Positions 52,095 through 60,602 of a stretch of DNA of 64,000 nt are shown one piece after another. The notes under the pieces are model-generated. The model was given only the letters and a program-made list of their open reading frames with translations. It did not search any database and was not told where the DNA came from. Numbering within the stretch: position 1 is the stretch's first letter; each line of letters starts with the position of its first letter. The stretch is from the NCBI GenBank assembly GCA_963811165.1, contig CAWEQH010000004.1:320001-384000 (forward strand), read 5' to 3'. Origin of the DNA: an uncultured Nitrospiraceae bacterium. GTDB taxonomy: Bacteria > Nitrospirota > Thermodesulfovibrionia > Thermodesulfovibrionales > UBA6898. Position numbers and translations under genes: made by a program.

Positions 52095-52277
52095 CTATTT
52101 CGGGATATAGGCATTCAATCCGATCGTAAGAGGTTTTCCATTTACTGTCAGAGCGGTTTTCATATTGCCCCTGGTGCTGGCGACCACAAGAGTTTTCCCT
52201 GATGAACTCGGCACAGGCTCTTCAAGATCGCAGGTAATAATGAGCTTGCTCCCTTCGATTTTTGCTTCAATTGCCAT
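52095..52277 (-). CDS. Small hypothetical protein
   Basis: PSSSGKTLVVASTRGN...GLNAY; RBS AGGAGG. Confidence 0.75.
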   Translation of the reverse strand: MAIEAKIEGSKLIITCDLEEPVPSSSGKTLVVASTRGNMKTALTVNGKPLTIGLNAYIPK

Positions 52278-52342
52278 GATGTTTTACCTCCTGAGGATAA
52301 TATTTGCTTGTCCGCGTCAACGGGGATTCCGGCCAGGAGGTC

Positions 52343-52775
52343 TTAAGTCCCTGACCTGAAGCCCCTCCTCATCATGCGTCCTTTCCAAAGAGGCATGCCG
52401 GAAGAATCCCTGAACGGCGTGATCTTCCCAGTCGAGAGATTTTTGAGACGGCTCGCGACGATATAGATATTTCCATCACGGGCGATATATTTCGACCCCG
52501 TTACTTCGTAGGATATTCCGGACCTGAACTCAATGCCTTCCCTGTCGATGTACCACGGCGGTGCGGTGACGACTCTATAATCCTTGACTCCGGACTTGAA
52601 GAATGACAATCACCGGACCTCTCAATTCCCTCGTAACTTCCCTAAACGTCCCTTTTATCGTTACCTCGGTATTTTCGTCGTACCCTTCTCCGCCCTCGCT
52701 TTCCGCATACGCGGCAGAAAAGAGAAAAACTATTAAAAAAGAAGCCAGCAAACCTCTCATCGTGTAATTCTTCAT
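52343..52775 (-). pseudogene. Exported OB-fold-like protein (homologue of 28836..29288), frameshifted near 52600
   Basis: YDENTEVTIKG in one frame; APPWY, EVTGSK and RDSSGMPLW in another. Confidence 0.7.
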
Positions 52776-52879
52776 GCTATCTCTAATAATACCTGATTTT
52801 AATCCTCCGTTTTGTTTTTTAACGCAGATGCGGCGAGGACACATTGCATGTACGCTCTGTGTCCTCCTTTTGTTTCCTG

Positions 52880-53278
52880 CTAAAACCCGCCCATTCTGCC
52901 CATGCGTCCGAAGCCATATCCGCAAGCACCGCATCCGCCGCCAAAGCCGCTTTCAGTTCTCCTTTTCTGTATCTCGGTCCTTACGTCAACCATCTCCTTC
53001 TGTTTGGCTGAAATAGCCTCCCAGTCCGTGGGCGTCTGTGCCCGCAGCGTCATCAGTTCCGCCCTGCGTTGAAGCATCTGCTGCTTCAGCGGCAGGATGT
53101 CGGTTTGAAACTTGCCGAACTCCTGGGACTGTTCAGGCGTAAAGGTACCTGTCGCCCCTGGGCATATCCCGTAACCCGCGCCCATTCCCCGGCCATAGCC
53201 AGGGCCGAAAGCAAAGGCTGCAGTGACGACTACCGCCACCATGGCGACTACTACACCAGCAATAAGACCTTTTTTCAT
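52880..53278 (-). CDS. ZraP/Spy/CpxP-like periplasmic protein
   Basis: Signal peptide, GPGYGRGMG, TPEQ, helical core, Gly-rich tail. Confidence 0.8.
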   Translation of the reverse strand: MKKGLIAGVVVAMVAVVVTAAFAFGPGYGRGMGAGYGICPGATGTFTPEQSQEFGKFQTDILPLKQQMLQRRAELMTLRAQTPTDWEAISAKQKEMVDVRTEIQKRRTESGFGGGCGACGYGFGRMGRMGGF

Positions 53279-53324
53279 GTTGATCACCCCTTTCTGTGGT
53301 CAATTTCATCCTGACCTTAGTAAG

Positions 53325-53340
53325 AGCAATGACCATGCCG
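53325..53340 (-). promoter_or_regulatory. Sigma54 (-24/-12) promoter
   Basis: CGGCATGGTCATTGCT, i.e. GG-N10-GC. Confidence 0.75.
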
Positions 53341-53394
53341 GAATAAAACATGCTGATTTATTGAGTTTTTTATAACAAAGGCATCTACTTGTCT

Positions 53395-53428
53395 GCAAAT
53401 ATTGCGCTAAATTGGGTGCAATATTTGC
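53395..53428. promoter_or_regulatory. Putative enhancer (upstream activator sites)
   Basis: Perfect inverted repeat GCAAATATTGC-N12-GCAATATTTGC upstream of the sigma54 promoter. Confidence 0.65.
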
Positions 53429-53437
53429 GTCACGACA

Positions 53438-54769
53438 TCATGTCATGCCGTATTCCTTAATCTTGTAGTGAAGAGACCTTAGAGATATGCCGAGCATCTC
53501 AGCCGCCCTCTTTCTGTTCCCACCAGCCTGTGAAAGGGCATTCTTTATCGCTTCTTTTTCGATGGCCTTCAAATCCCTACCGATCATTTGCTTGGGACCT
53601 GGTTCAGAAATATGACCTACGCCGGAGATTTGCAACTCCGGGCCTTTACTCACAATGATGGCACGCTCAATGACATTTTCCAGTTCGCGTATGTTACCCG
53701 GCCAAGGATATTCCATCATCTCTTTCATGGCCCCGGAGGGAATGGCCTTCGTCTCCCTTCCGATCCTTCTTGAGATAGTGTCGACGAGATAATGAGTAAT
53801 ATTTTCAAAATGCGCCTTGCGTTCTCTCAACGGCGGAACCGAGATGGGGAAGACGTTCAAACGATAAAAAAGGTCTTCCCTGAACTTCTCTTCCCGTACC
53901 ATCTGCTTCAGATCCCTATTCGTTGCCGCGATAATCCGTGCATTTGTTTTAATCGTAGTGAGTGAACCGAGTCGTTCAAAGGTTCTTTCTTGAATGATCC
54001 TTAGGAGCTTAGCCTGCAGGGTCAGGCTCATCTCCGATAATTCGTCAAGCAGTATAGTGCCGTCATTGGCAAGCTCAAATTTGCCCTTTTTCTGGGCCAT
54101 GGCGCCTGTGAATGCGCCCTTTTCATGACCGAAGAGCTCCGACTCGAGCAGGGTTTCAGGAATGGCGGCACAGTTGATATCCACGAAGGGTCCCCGTCTT
54201 CCGCTCAGGCGATGCAGGATCTTTGCCACAAGCGTCTTGCCTGTTCCCGTTTCGCCGTAAAGCATAACCGTAGCATCCGTCTGAGCAACATCCTTTACCT
54301 CTTTTAACACGCTGTCCATTCCTGCAAACACGATATCGAGGGAAGGAATATCTTGAAAAAGTGCCGATTTCAGGAGGGCATTCTCGCTGAGGAGAGCCTG
54401 ATGCTCAAAGACTTTGGCCACCGCAATCCTAAGCTGATCAGGGTCTTTGAGGGGCTTGGTAATGTAGTCCACAGCGCCTTTTTTCATAGCTGTGACCGCT
54501 GTCTCGACAGTGGCAAAGGCAGTAACCATGATGAAATCGACTTCGCTTCTTCTTCTGACCTCTTCCATGAATCGGATGCCGTCCATCTTCGGCATTTTCA
54601 AATCAGAAATGATCAGATTGGGATCGAAGGAATCCAGGAATTTCAATGCGTCTTCGGGATCAGAGCGTCCTTTGACTGTATATCCCTCACCCTCAAGAAT
54701 TTTTGTCATCAGGAGAAGAAAGGATTTCTCATCATCCACAATAAGTATCCTGAAATTCTCTTTATTCAT
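53438..54769 (-). CDS. Sigma54-dependent response regulator (NtrC/ZraR family)
   Basis: Receiver domain, GETGTGK, GAFTGA, WPGNIREL, Fis HTH. Confidence 0.96.
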   Translation of the reverse strand: MNKENFRILIVDDEKSFLLLMTKILEGEGYTVKGRSDPEDALKFLDSFDPNLIISDLKMPKMDGIRFMEEVRRRSEVDFIMVTAFATVETAVTAMKKGAVDYITKPLKDPDQLRIAVAKVFEHQALLSENALLKSALFQDIPSLDIVFAGMDSVLKEVKDVAQTDATVMLYGETGTGKTLVAKILHRLSGRRGPFVDINCAAIPETLLESELFGHEKGAFTGAMAQKKGKFELANDGTILLDELSEMSLTLQAKLLRIIQERTFERLGSLTTIKTNARIIAATNRDLKQMVREEKFREDLFYRLNVFPISVPPLRERKAHFENITHYLVDTISRRIGRETKAIPSGAMKEMMEYPWPGNIRELENVIERAIIVSKGPELQISGVGHISEPGPKQMIGRDLKAIEKEAIKNALSQAGGNRKRAAEMLGISLRSLHYKIKEYGMT

Positions 54770-56048
54770 ATCGGCCCTTATTCAGTACCACGGGCAGCTC
54801 TATCCTGAAAACCGCTCCATTGGCTGGTTTGCTCTCGAGTCTTATGCGCCCTCCAAGAACCTTTGTGAGCTTGTCGACGATCGCAAGCCCCAGGCCCGTT
54901 CCTTTCGCCTTCGTAGTAAAAAATGAGGTGAAAGCCATGGACTTCGTCTTTTCGTCCATGCCGCACCCGTTATCGCTAATTATTATAATGATTTTATCTC
55001 CCGCCTGTTGTGCAGCAAGTTCGATAAGGCCCCCCTCATTCACCGCATCGGCAGCGTTCTGGAGTATGTTGGAAAGTATCTGCTTCAACTTTTCCCTGTC
55101 CGATACAATCATCGTGTCCACAGGGATTGTTGTATTGACCGTTATGACGGTCTTTTTCACTCGGTCCGATTCTTCTAATACTTTTACCGATTCATTAACC
55201 AACTCACGCAGACTGAATTCTTCTATCCTGACTTCTGAAGGTTTCGCATACAGAAGCAGTTCCTCCGTCAAACGTTCGAGTCTTCTTGCTTCATCAACAA
55301 TAACACCGAGCTCTTCTTTGCCTGTCTCACTTTTTTCCGTAAGATACTGGGCGAAGCCCTTGATACTCCCGAGAGGATTCCTGATTTCATGAGCAAGAAC
55401 TGCCGCCATTTCTCCGATAACGGCAAGTCGCTCTCTTTCCGCCATCATCGCAGTGAGTTTGTCGGACCGCCTCAATGCCTTGATAAAGAAAAAAACCATG
55501 CCCCACAGGACGACGACTGTGATAAAGATACTTATGGCCTGGAGCCTGGCCTGCCGCGTAATGTTCTGTGCTGGATAGGGATGAAGGGCAAGTCTCAGGA
55601 CCTTGACCGAATCCGGCGTATGTATCGGATAATTGAGAATGAAGATCTCCTCGCCGGTCCCAAGAGTCATGCGGCCGAATACCGGCTTTCCCTCTCCAGC
55701 GGAACGTTTGATGTCCGGCGAATCAATGCGTCGTCCCACCAGATTTTTATTGGAGTGAAGAAGGGTCAGCCCGCTCTTGTCATAGAGCGCGATAAAGGCA
55801 ATGCCCTCCCAGGACGAATCTGCGACAATCTCCTTAAAGATGCCTTCTTTTAAATGTGCCTCCTGCAAGGAAGGTTCGAGACTCACCGCCATGCCCAGTG
55901 CCTCAAGCTTAAGGGATTCTTCTGCCGCCTTAAGTGAATTCCGGTAGATGATAAAAGTGCTAAGCAGCGTCGTAAAGGATGCGACTGCTATAATAATGAT
56001 GAAATAAATATGGGTTTTCTTAGGTCTCTTTTCTCCTGCGTCGGACAT
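54762..56048 (-). CDS. Sensor histidine kinase (ZraS-like)
   Basis: Two TMs, AHEIRNPL, FFTTK, GTGLGL. Confidence 0.94.
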   Translation of the reverse strand: MSDAGEKRPKKTHIYFIIIIAVASFTTLLSTFIIYRNSLKAAEESLKLEALGMAVSLEPSLQEAHLKEGIFKEIVADSSWEGIAFIALYDKSGLTLLHSNKNLVGRRIDSPDIKRSAGEGKPVFGRMTLGTGEEIFILNYPIHTPDSVKVLRLALHPYPAQNITRQARLQAISIFITVVVLWGMVFFFIKALRRSDKLTAMMAERERLAVIGEMAAVLAHEIRNPLGSIKGFAQYLTEKSETGKEELGVIVDEARRLERLTEELLLYAKPSEVRIEEFSLRELVNESVKVLEESDRVKKTVITVNTTIPVDTMIVSDREKLKQILSNILQNAADAVNEGGLIELAAQQAGDKIIIIISDNGCGMDEKTKSMAFTSFFTTKAKGTGLGLAIVDKLTKVLGGRIRLESKPANGAVFRIELPVVLNKGRYE

Positions 56049-56248
56049 ATATTTGAATTATAGACCAAAAAGTTCAATTTGACTCAAGCCGCCTCTTGCT
56101 CTCCGAATAGAGACAAAAATTCTGGCAACTGGCGATAAATTGAACGCGCCAAACGTTGCCATGGTCTCATTTAATCGACTCCAGTTCCCTCACCCCTTAA
56201 ACGACTCCAGCGCCTCCTTAATGACACGCATCCGGACAGCCCATATAC

Positions 56249-56941
56249 CTACTGCAGCGAAGCGCCGGTCTCATTTGTTTCAGTGCAAAGACCGGCCTTC
56301 TTTGCTTCTTTTAAATGTTCGCAATTCCCGAATTTACAAGCTTGTTTCCAGTCCGAACACGCCAACTCCGCATGGAGACTCCCCCGGATGTCATACACTG
56401 CGGCGCTGCCCGATTGGATCTGGAGCGACCTGTTAAGGTCCAAAAGAGCAAGGTCGAATTGCCCTCTTATGGCATAAGTAATCCCACGATTGTATAAGAC
56501 CTTTGAAGCGTTGGGATCTATACCGAGGGACTTTGTGAAATCGGCGATGGCAAGGTCGTATTGGCCCTTCTTTGAGTAAGTAATTCCCCTATTATTGTAT
56601 GTCTCCGCGGACATTGGAGCGATGTCGAGCGCTTTATTGAATTCTGAAAGGGCGAGATCGTATTGGCCTTTTTCCGAATAGGCAACGCCCCGTTCATTGC
56701 AGCCTTTAGCTTCAAGGACGTCCCGGTCGAGTGCCCCATCGATGTCGCGTGCCGAATCAAGCATCGGTTTCTGAGAAGTTTCGCCGAGGGATGCAACTTC
56801 AACAGGCGTCCCGAAGGTCTTCATGTTTGCCTCTTGCGCAGAACTGCTTGCCGAGCCTATCGATAACAGTATGGCCTGCAACAAAATAACGCAGAGTATG
56901 TTTCTGCGCATTATACTTTGCGTGAGCTGACACTTATGCAT
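56249..56941 (-). CDS. Exported TPR protein
   Basis: YNNRGITY..KGQYDLAIADF repeats. Confidence 0.85.
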   Translation of the reverse strand: MHKCQLTQSIMRRNILCVILLQAILLSIGSASSSAQEANMKTFGTPVEVASLGETSQKPMLDSARDIDGALDRDVLEAKGCNERGVAYSEKGQYDLALSEFNKALDIAPMSAETYNNRGITYSKKGQYDLAIADFTKSLGIDPNASKVLYNRGITYAIRGQFDLALLDLNRSLQIQSGSAAVYDIRGSLHAELACSDWKQACKFGNCEHLKEAKKAGLCTETNETGASLQ

Positions 56942-57290
56942 AGTAAGAACTCCTTTTGCGGATCTCTACAGCAGGGGGCTTCGCATATATGTCCCCGCAA
57001 TTTATCAAGCGGTAAACACCTCGTCGCAACCGGAGGGCACTGGCCTGACGAGGCGTTTATCGCAGCGCCTCAACGGCGCATTCATTAATTTCTTATATGG
57101 CAAGACGATGAATGCAAGTAGTCGGTTACAATATTTCCCCCTTACCGGTGGGGAAAATAATTCTTCAGGACAAACATGATTCGAAAATATTTTCTGCTGT
57201 TACCGCCTTTCGTATATGAGTTGAGATGCTCTTAGCAACTCCAAAGGCTGAAACAAGCATTCGGTTGCATTTTTTTCGGGACTGCACCGA

Positions 57291-57509
57291 TTATGAAGAA
57301 ACGTCATTTGCTGCATGAAACACCCTCTTTCTCAGGGGATAGTTAGCCATCGCCATATCGTTTTCGTAGAGATATTCCGATAGGGTAGGGCAGAGTCTGA
57401 AGGTCTTCTTAAAACAGTATGTTTCCATCCTCTCAATGCTTGGAACATACCTTGATTCCGATGCACTGCAGGTTCCGATGTAGCCTTCGTCAAAGTAGGG
57501 GCAGCTCAT
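57291..57509 (-). CDS. Cys4 mini-protein (MSCPYF family, copy 2)
   Basis: True start is ATG 57509 after GGAGG; C-x10-C-x17-C-x7-C. Confidence 0.85.
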   Translation of the reverse strand: MSCPYFDEGYIGTCSASESRYVPSIERMETYCFKKTFRLCPTLSEYLYENDMAMANYPLRKRVFHAANDVSS

Positions 57510-57564
57510 ACGTACCTCCCGTAAAACTGAATTGAAAATGATCTTATGGCGAAATAGTAACATC

Positions 57565-57592
57565 CAATTATGAACATAATTTGAATTTGTGA
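57565..57592 (-). promoter_or_regulatory. Conserved upstream motif of MSCPYF copy 2
   Basis: 28/28 identity with 32344-32371. Confidence 0.8.
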
Positions 57593-57661
57593 ACGGGATA
57601 AGGGAAACTTTCGATTAAATCTATTTAACCTGATGCGGGTGGGCACACTCGACCCGTCCTC

Positions 57662-58630
57662 TCAACTTCGAAACGCCTCCATCGCCTCCTTAACGACCGC
57701 ATCCGGACAGTCCGTGTATCTGGGTGAGATATGCGACACAAAAAGGTTTTTCACCCCGGCATCCTTCGCGATAAGTCCGCATGTCTTTGCGGTAAGATGG
57801 GACCTTTCTTTTGCCCGCTCCCTGTCTTTATCGAGGAAATAGGCTTCACAATAAAAGGCGTGGGAGCCCCTCGCAAGTTCCGAAAGACGGGCGATATTCT
57901 TTACGGTTGCGGCAACGTCGGTGGCGAACGTGATCTTCTGCCCCTCCGTGATGTGAGCGATATCCCAGAGCCTGTCCATGCGGTAATGTTTCCCCGATAT
58001 CTCCACGGTGCTTTCAGCGGGTGCATTTCTTCTCAGTGCCTTCTTAAATTCACTGAGCCACGGGCCTACCTCCAGGTCCTTTCTCATCAGACGGTCTTTG
58101 TCGATATTAATATGGGACTCTTCCTCGATCGAATATGCCAGACACGGGGTGCCGTGCGACAGCCTCGCCGCCTTTACCCGAAACAGGGGGTCTTCAAGCA
58201 GTGTTCCGTCCGAAACCGACTCCGAGACATCCTCCCGCTTGAACCCGTCATGCGCCTTAAAAGCGGAATGGGCCAGGAACTTGCCGTCATAGGCAAAAAC
58301 GTGTATCTCAAGCGGGTAGTCCCTGATGAGGTTCCATGTGTATCCTCTTAGCTTGCCTGCGACGCAGCGCGTAATGTTTCGGGGGCCGTATATATTTAAC
58401 GGGATTTCCCTTCTCAGGACGGCCCGTAAGAGGGAGTCGAACCCGATGAAGTGGTCGATATGGGTATGGGTCACGAAGACATCGGTGATCTTGTAAATCT
58501 CAGACGGGGCCAGCCCGCTTATGTCCCCCAAATCGAATTGCACGGCCCGTTTTTCCCTTAGTATCCTGATAAAGAGGGCGGGGTCTCCGAAGAGGTCGTT
58601 TATCAGTCTATACCGGAATATCGGTTCCAT
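57662..58630 (-). CDS. Ribonuclease Z-like metallo-beta-lactamase
   Basis: THTHIDH, CEAYF, SHLT and SHISPRY motifs. Confidence 0.85.
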   Translation of the reverse strand: MEPIFRYRLINDLFGDPALFIRILREKRAVQFDLGDISGLAPSEIYKITDVFVTHTHIDHFIGFDSLLRAVLRREIPLNIYGPRNITRCVAGKLRGYTWNLIRDYPLEIHVFAYDGKFLAHSAFKAHDGFKREDVSESVSDGTLLEDPLFRVKAARLSHGTPCLAYSIEEESHINIDKDRLMRKDLEVGPWLSEFKKALRRNAPAESTVEISGKHYRMDRLWDIAHITEGQKITFATDVAATVKNIARLSELARGSHAFYCEAYFLDKDRERAKERSHLTAKTCGLIAKDAGVKNLFVSHISPRYTDCPDAVVKEAMEAFRS

Positions 58631-58687
58631 AAGTAATTATAGAGTATTATGTGTACAATATCGGACGTTTCGGCTGTGTTAAGAGTT

Positions 58688-59079
58688 TCATATAATACCT
58701 CCTCCCAACCCGATAGCAATTCCAAAAACCATTACTGATACAATAATCTGTATTGTACGCATAGTGACCTTCTTGACCAACCGATTCCCTAAGAATGCTC
58801 CCAAGAATGCGGAGACGACAGCCGCAGGCAAAAGGAAACTGCTGTTGCCGATACCTGCCGGCGAAAAGTGGTACTGTAGATGAGTAGTCTCGAAAAATCC
58901 ACCAAACAGGCTATGACAACACCCGTTGCAACAAATCGTTCTTTAGATGACCCGCTTCTGATGAGAAATGCACTGCGCAAAGCCCCCTGATGTCCCGAAA
59001 GTCCACCGAAAAAACCACTCAATATCCCGCCAAGCGGCAGATACTTTTTTTCAAACGATATTTTTTCAAATGTCGGCAA
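58688..59079 (-). pseudogene. TauE/SafE (TSUP) family transporter, 5'-truncated and frameshifted
   Basis: [24 protein letters not shown]-terminus SAFLGAFLGNRL...GGGII* lies in another frame. Confidence 0.75.
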
Positions 59080-59306
59080 ACATCTCTAAGGCAGCAGCAG
59101 GAAAGGCTCTGGATTCTTTTGTTGACGGCATCAAGAAGACCCTGAAGAAAGGCAACAAGGTAACGCTGGTAGGATTTGGAACCTTCTCAGTTGCAAAAAG
59201 GGCTGCACGGAAGGGTAGGAATCCCAGGACGGGAGAAGTAATCAGAATAAAGGCTTCCAAGTCTCCTAAATTCAAGGCTGGGAAGACATTCAAGGACGCT
59301 ATCTAA
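59070..59306 (+). pseudogene. hup: HU DNA-binding protein lacking its first helix
   Basis: [34 protein letters not shown]; the usual MNK.ELI... start is missing. Confidence 0.8.
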
Positions 59307-59316
59307 GATCCTTCCG

Positions 59317-59727
59317 ATGCATTGGGATTTTACGCCTGAAGATGTCCTGAACGGTAAAGCTCATTATAACGTTGCCCAATTCAGGGATGATCTGCTCAAG
59401 GAAATAAGGGAAACAGTAGGACAACACCGAGACGGGGAGAAATTTACCAAGTTCTATTCCATCATAACTGTCATGCTTCTGACATCCCTTGCTCTCGGTA
59501 AATCCACGGATGGCTTTGTTGCCTCCGTGCAGAAATATTTTCCAAGTAAGGAACTGCAACAACAACTTACGAAACGTGAACTGCTAGACCAGATACAGGA
59601 TACCAACAAGGAAAACATTGAAATGCTGAAGGCTGTCATTCGCAGACGTATTCAGGATGATACAGCTATCGGGATTGAATCTAGCTGCGTTACCAAAACC
59701 ATTACATCGGAGCTGATGACGTTTTAA
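59317..59727 (+). CDS. Hypothetical protein
   Basis: 136-aa ORF, no recognised motif. Confidence 0.55.
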   Translation: MHWDFTPEDVLNGKAHYNVAQFRDDLLKEIRETVGQHRDGEKFTKFYSIITVMLLTSLALGKSTDGFVASVQKYFPSKELQQQLTKRELLDQIQDTNKENIEMLKAVIRRRIQDDTAIGIESSCVTKTITSELMTF

Positions 59728-60112
59728 GTAATACTTTGCCTGAAAGAAGGTCTAGTTGTTGACCATTCTTTAAAAGTAATTCTGCTTTTGTTATATGCCA
59801 ATTCCTCTTTTCTGTATTTAATTCTAAAAAGGCTTTACCATCATGATTCGATCCGTGAACAACAAAAGTAAACTTTGCTTTCCCTTCAGCGCTGCGATTA
59901 TTATGCACCTCAAAACTATCAAAAGCGGCCAATGCTATTTTTTGAGGTTTACCCACATTATCTTTCACCCTGCTGTTATTCATTAAAAATTGTATTGAAA
60001 ATAGATATGGTTCTGATCGTAAAACCATGAAGCGGCTGTAAAGTTGAAGCAATGTAAACGTAACAATGACTATGAGAAGAACAATGCTTCCTTTGCGAGA
60101 TAATATTTTCAT
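59702..60112 (-). CDS. Membrane-anchored hypothetical protein (Coa1-like)
   Basis: N-terminal TM, SEPY, V...VG.P, G.A.F...V.G pattern. Confidence 0.6.
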   Translation of the reverse strand: MKILSRKGSIVLLIVIVTFTLLQLYSRFMVLRSEPYLFSIQFLMNNSRVKDNVGKPQKIALAAFDSFEVHNNRSAEGKAKFTFVVHGSNHDGKAFLELNTEKRNWHITKAELLLKNGQQLDLLSGKVLLKTSSAPM

Positions 60113-60164
60113 AATTCCTTCAGGGGTATGATACCAAATTGTTTAGCCGCTGGGTTGCAAAACA

Positions 60165-60216
60165 CTCAAAATATTCTCAAAATATTCTTGACATCCTTCC
60201 AGGAAAGGAATATAAA
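60165..60216 (+). promoter_or_regulatory. Sigma70 promoter with tandem 11-bp direct repeats abutting the -35
   Basis: CTCAAAATATT x2 (60165-60186), then TTGACA-N17-TATAAA (60188-60216). Confidence 0.75.
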
Positions 60217-60222
60217 TAAATT

Positions 60223-60386
60223 GAAGGCAGACTTCACCAAGTGGTGGTTTTGCTCTTCTCAGTTCAGCATTAAAGGTTTAGGACTGAAGAACGTTATGCC
60301 TGGATGAAGAAAAGTTCTGGCAAATGTTCACAAGGTGCTTAAACCGCTGGGCAAGGGAAGAAGCAAACACCACTTTTAAGCAGAAG
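60223..60386 (+). ncRNA. Rod-shaped structured leader upstream of 6S RNA copy A (unknown)
   Basis: Six nested helices between 60239 and 60375; no long ORF; starts at the predicted TSS. Confidence 0.6.
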
Positions 60387-60557
60387 GAAGTCAATGCCTT
60401 GGAATGGGTTAAGGCTTAGAACTAAGTCAATTGGTTAGGAAGCGGGAGCAAGATGTGGTGAGCAAGCCCCCAGCAGCAAGGGGGAAGCCTAAAGCATCTG
60501 CCGAAGCATCCACTAAAAAAGACTCTAAGGATACCCAGCACCAAGGTGTTGTACTTC
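60387..60557 (+). ncRNA. ssrS: 6S RNA (copy A)
   Basis: Closing stem GAAGT-CAATGCCTTGG-TGGGT pairs with ACCCA-CCAAGGTGTTG-ACTTC, followed by T8; distal domain homologous to copy B with compensatory changes. Confidence 0.75.
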
Positions 60558-60602
60558 TTTTTTTTGACCTATCAGAAACAACTTTTTTTCGGAGGCATTT
60601 CT

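Noticed and set aside
60413..60428. GGCTTAGAACTAAGTC resembles a hairpin in the raiA-motif RNA
   Set aside because: The rest of that motif is absent, and these bases fit the 6S-like stem.
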